64,000 bases of DNA from Candidatus Aenigmatarchaeota archaeon. GTDB lineage: Archaea; Aenigmatarchaeota; Aenigmatarchaeia; CG10238-14; SpSt-28. The notes beneath the pieces were generated by a model. The model was not told the DNA's origin, did no database searches, and saw nothing but the letters and a program-made list of their open reading frames with translations. This document shows positions 60,932-64,000 of this stretch, one piece after another (the first letter of the stretch is position 1; each line of letters starts with the position of its first letter). Made by a program: the position numbers and the translations under genes. The stretch covers positions 40,738 through 104,737 of the forward strand of contig JAVVFY010000003.1 in the NCBI GenBank assembly GCA_032249395.1. Reading direction: 5' to 3'.

Positions 60932-61705
60932 ATGATAATAGGGGTAGTTTCTGGAAAAGGCGGAGTTGGTAAAACTACTATTGCATCAAACTTAAGCTAT
61001 TATCTTTCTCAAGTGGGTAAGAGTGTTACTCTTGTTGATTGTAATGTAACAACTTCTCACATAAACTTCAACTTTGGTTTTTTTAGCTTCAATAAAACTC
61101 TAAACAATGTTCTAAGAGGGGAAGCAGAAATTTGGGAAGCAACATACAAGTATAAAACACTAAATATTATACCTGCTTCGTTGAGATTAGAGGATTTGAG
61201 CTACATAGATTTCATGAGTTTAAATAGAGCAATAAGAAGTATAAATTCGGAATTTGTATTCTTAGATTCTGCACCAGGATTTGGAAAAGAGGCGATTAGT
61301 GTTTTAAATTCCGTTGATAGTGTGTTAATTGTAGCTACACCATTTATGACATCTATAGCTGATGTTCTTAGAATGAAAAAAGTTTTAGGTGAATTAAATG
61401 TCTATCCTTTAGGAATTGTATTAAATATGGTTAAAGGGAAACATTATGAACTTAGCAAAAAAGATGTCGAAGCTATAACTGGAATGAAAGTTGTTGAAGT
61501 TGTTCCTTACGATGAAAATGTTGAACATGCTCTCTCACTAGGAAAGCCTTTCATCGAAATTTTTCCAAATACTAAAGCGAGTTTGGCAATAAAAAGAATG
61601 GCAAACAAGCTTTTTGGAGTAGAAATAGTGGAAAAAATGGGATTCTTCGAAGGAATGAAGAAAGGAATATTAGAGTTGTTTAGAGGAAAATTCAAAATTA
61701 TCTAG
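60932..61705 (+). CDS. minD: MinD/ParA-family ATPase (archaeal MinD-like)
   Basis: SGKGGVGKTT deviant Walker A; C-terminal amphipathic GFFEGMKKGILELFRG; start at MIIGVV. Confidence 0.82.
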   Translation: MIIGVVSGKGGVGKTTIASNLSYYLSQVGKSVTLVDCNVTTSHINFNFGFFSFNKTLNNVLRGEAEIWEATYKYKTLNIIPASLRLEDLSYIDFMSLNRAIRSINSEFVFLDSAPGFGKEAISVLNSVDSVLIVATPFMTSIADVLRMKKVLGELNVYPLGIVLNMVKGKHYELSKKDVEAITGMKVVEVVPYDENVEHALSLGKPFIEIFPNTKASLAIKRMANKLFGVEIVEKMGFFEGMKKGILELFRGKFKII

Positions 61706-62267
61706 AAACAAATTCATCATTAACAACAAAAAATCTGAGTTTTTCTTTTAAATCTTTTCTAACACCAATTCTATGAGATGAATCAAATTCTACCTTAATT
61801 CCTCTATCTTCAATGTATATTGAGTTTTCTGGTGAAAGGAACTTTCCGTTAAAAGATTTATCTATCTTAAAAGCCTTAGTCAATTTTCCAGGACCACTCG
61901 TCAATTCTCTTATATCTTTTACTATTCTGTTTTTCATCATTTCTTCAATACCCTTCAGAGGATGTACTGCTCTTATTAAAACTGCTCCAACTTTATTGTC
62001 CTCATGAGCAACAATATTGAACATCCAATTATTGTGAACATTATAAATGAAAATTTTTCCCGGCTCTTCCCACATTTCTTTGTTATAATTTTTCTTTCCC
62101 TGGAAAGCTCTTGATGCTGGATCATCTTGACCAAAATAAGCTTCCGTTTCAACAATCATTCCTTCGAGAGTTTTGTCATCAATTTTTCTGACAAGTATTT
62201 TTCCTAAAAGATCTATTGCAACTACTTTGGGGTTTCTTCTAAAAAATTCACTTCTTATTATTACCAT
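61698..62267 (-). CDS. 3-methyladenine DNA glycosylase (MPG/AAG family)
   Basis: IVETEAY, DPASRA, AVLIRA, SGPGKL, RIGV; start at MVIIRSEFF. Confidence 0.9.
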   Translation of the reverse strand: MVIIRSEFFRRNPKVVAIDLLGKILVRKIDDKTLEGMIVETEAYFGQDDPASRAFQGKKNYNKEMWEEPGKIFIYNVHNNWMFNIVAHEDNKVGAVLIRAVHPLKGIEEMMKNRIVKDIRELTSGPGKLTKAFKIDKSFNGKFLSPENSIYIEDRGIKVEFDSSHRIGVRKDLKEKLRFFVVNDEFVSR

Positions 62268-62278
62268 TTTCTCCCAAG

Positions 62279-64000
62279 TTAGCCTTTTGTTGGGCAATTT
62301 GGATCTAAACACATAGAAAATGCTCTTTTTCCTTTTCTAACAACTCTTATAATTGGTGTATTACATTCTTCGCAAACTTTCCTTGTAGCTTCTATTCTCG
62401 CATTTCTCGACAAGGGATATATCTTCTTACATTTTGGATAGTTTGAACAACCAACAAATGCTTTGCCACCATAACTAATTATTATCAAATCTCCTCTACA
62501 AGTAGGACACTTTCCCAAAATCCTTTTTTCATTTCTACTGCTCATTATAGCATTTGAAAGTTCCTTGCCAATTTTTTCTTCAAATTTTTTGAAGTCTCTC
62601 AAAATCTCTTCAAGTAGTTTCTTTGCTTCTTCAACTATTTCTTCTCTTTTTTTCTTACCATTGTAAACATTTTCCATTTCTTCTTCAAGCTTTCTTGTAA
62701 GTTCCTCGGAAATTATTTTCGGAGAGTATTGCTCTAAAATTTTTACTACTGCCTTCCCTAAAGGTGTGACTTTTATCGATTTACCCATAATATAATTTCT
62801 GTCATACAGCGTCCTCAAAATCTCGCTTCTAGTTGCCTTAGTTCCGAGTCCTCTCTTTTCCATTTCTTTTATAATTGATGCTTGCGTATATCTTGGTGGA
62901 GGTTCTGTTTTTCTCTCTAAAATTTCAACTTTTTCAATATCTAATTCTTCTCCCTCTTTCAATTCTGGCAACAAAATTTCTTTATCCGAAACATAAGGAT
63001 AGTAAAATTCTTTCCAGCCATCTTTAACCGTTTTAATTCCTTTTAGAATGAATTTGTTTACGTTTATATCTAAGATTACTTGCATGAGTTCTCTTATCGA
63101 TGGTTCACCAAAAGCTGCTAAAAATCTTTTCACTATAAGATCGTACAATTTTCTTTCTTGGACACTTAGCTCATTTGGATTAGGAATTTCTTTAGTTGGA
63201 TATATTGCTGGATGTGCAGGATCATCTTTGCTTCCTTCTACGACATGCAATTCATTTCCAGAAAGTATTTTGTTAACTATTTTGTTATAAGAAGGCAATT
63301 TACCCAATGCTTGTAAAATGGATTTTAAACCTATAGAAGATGGCAACTTTTGGCTTGATGTTCTAGGATAACTTATTATTCCTTTCTGATATAAACTTTC
63401 AGCCAAGTTCATTGTTTGCATAGGAGAAAAACCGAATTGATTATATGCTTCTGTTTGTAAATCTGTGGTGTTAAATGGAGGGGGAGGCAATTGCTCATAT
63501 TGTCTTCTCTTTATTTTCAAAACTCTTGCGACTTTTTTGTTGGATTGAGAAAAAACTTTTTGCGCTTTTTCCTTATCCCATATTTTATCTTCTTCATAAA
63601 TTGCCTGATACTTAGTTTTTCCTATTTTTATAAAGGCAAAAATCTGCCAATATGGTTTTGGCTTGAAATTCTCTATTTCCTCTTCTCTTTTTACAAGTAA
63701 AGATAATGTTGGCCCTTGTACTCTTCCTGTAGAAAGTATAGAAAAAACCTTATTTCCATTATTTTTCAAAGATAAAGTTAGCGCTCTAGTTAAGTTTATT
63801 CCCCAGAGCCAATCTATTTCGTGTCTTGCTAAACCTGCTTCTAACTGTCCCCAATCCAAAGTTTTCATTGCGTTTTCATAAGAATCGATTAGTTCTTCTT
63901 TTGTTAAAGTAGAAAACTTCATCCTTTTAGCGTCTTTTCTGTTTAACAAAAATCTAAGAATGTTATATCCTATGACTTCTCCTTCTGTATCATAATCTGT
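62279..64000 (-). CDS. topA: DNA topoisomerase IA (5' end beyond the window)
   Basis: STGRVQGP, catalytic SYPRT, AHPAIYPT, LGTKATR, C-terminal zinc ribbons; frame continues upstream (DYDTEGEVIGYNIL). Confidence 0.95.
   Translation of the reverse strand, partial: TDYDTEGEVIGYNILRFLLNRKDAKRMKFSTLTKEELIDSYENAMKTLDWGQLEAGLARHEIDWLWGINLTRALTLSLKNNGNKVFSILSTGRVQGPTLSLLVKREEEIENFKPKPYWQIFAFIKIGKTKYQAIYEEDKIWDKEKAQKVFSQSNKKVARVLKIKRRQYEQLPPPPFNTTDLQTEAYNQFGFSPMQTMNLAESLYQKGIISYPRTSSQKLPSSIGLKSILQALGKLPSYNKIVNKILSGNELHVVEGSKDDPAHPAIYPTKEIPNPNELSVQERKLYDLIVKRFLAAFGEPSIRELMQVILDINVNKFILKGIKTVKDGWKEFYYPYVSDKEILLPELKEGEELDIEKVEILERKTEPPPRYTQASIIKEMEKRGLGTKATRSEILRTLYDRNYIMGKSIKVTPLGKAVVKILEQYSPKIISEELTRKLEEEMENVYNGKKKREEIVEEAKKLLEEILRDFKKFEEKIGKELSNAIMSSRNEKRILGKCPTCRGDLIIISYGGKAFVGCSNYPKCKKIYPLSRNARIEATRKVCEECNTPIIRVVRKGKRAFSMCLDPNCPTKG

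Overview
AT-rich archaeal chromosome segment. Its features point to a DPANN-type archaeon, possibly Aenigmarchaeota-like (inference): split Rpo2, exosome/proteasome operon, aEF-2/aEF-1a, a three-unit EndA and giant Ig-repeat surface proteins. Most of the window is housekeeping: the RNAP/str cluster, LeuRS/ProRS/AspRS, PolB, Fen1, Nth, TopA, the exosome operon and a glycogen cluster. The ORF track omits a >2,900-aa surface protein gene (8795 to the left edge), eL39, five tRNAs and some pseudogenes. Most unusual signals: (1) a tRNA-Arg(UCU) with an 11-nt intron at position 8/9, whose splice motif is clamped by a ~20-nt 5' leader antisense to the D-arm, plus a second 37/38 intron, near an epsilon2-type splicing endonuclease; (2) about 19 TCGACA motifs across ~1.5 kb around a coiled-coil/wHTH gene, next to an inverted ORB-like pair (candidate origin/centromere or switch for the giant surface protein); (3) an in-frame Rpo2C-Rpo1N (B'-A') RNA polymerase fusion; (4) a LAGLIDADG intein in an atypical EF-2 P-loop. 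All calls come from reading the sequence by eye; no database searches were run.
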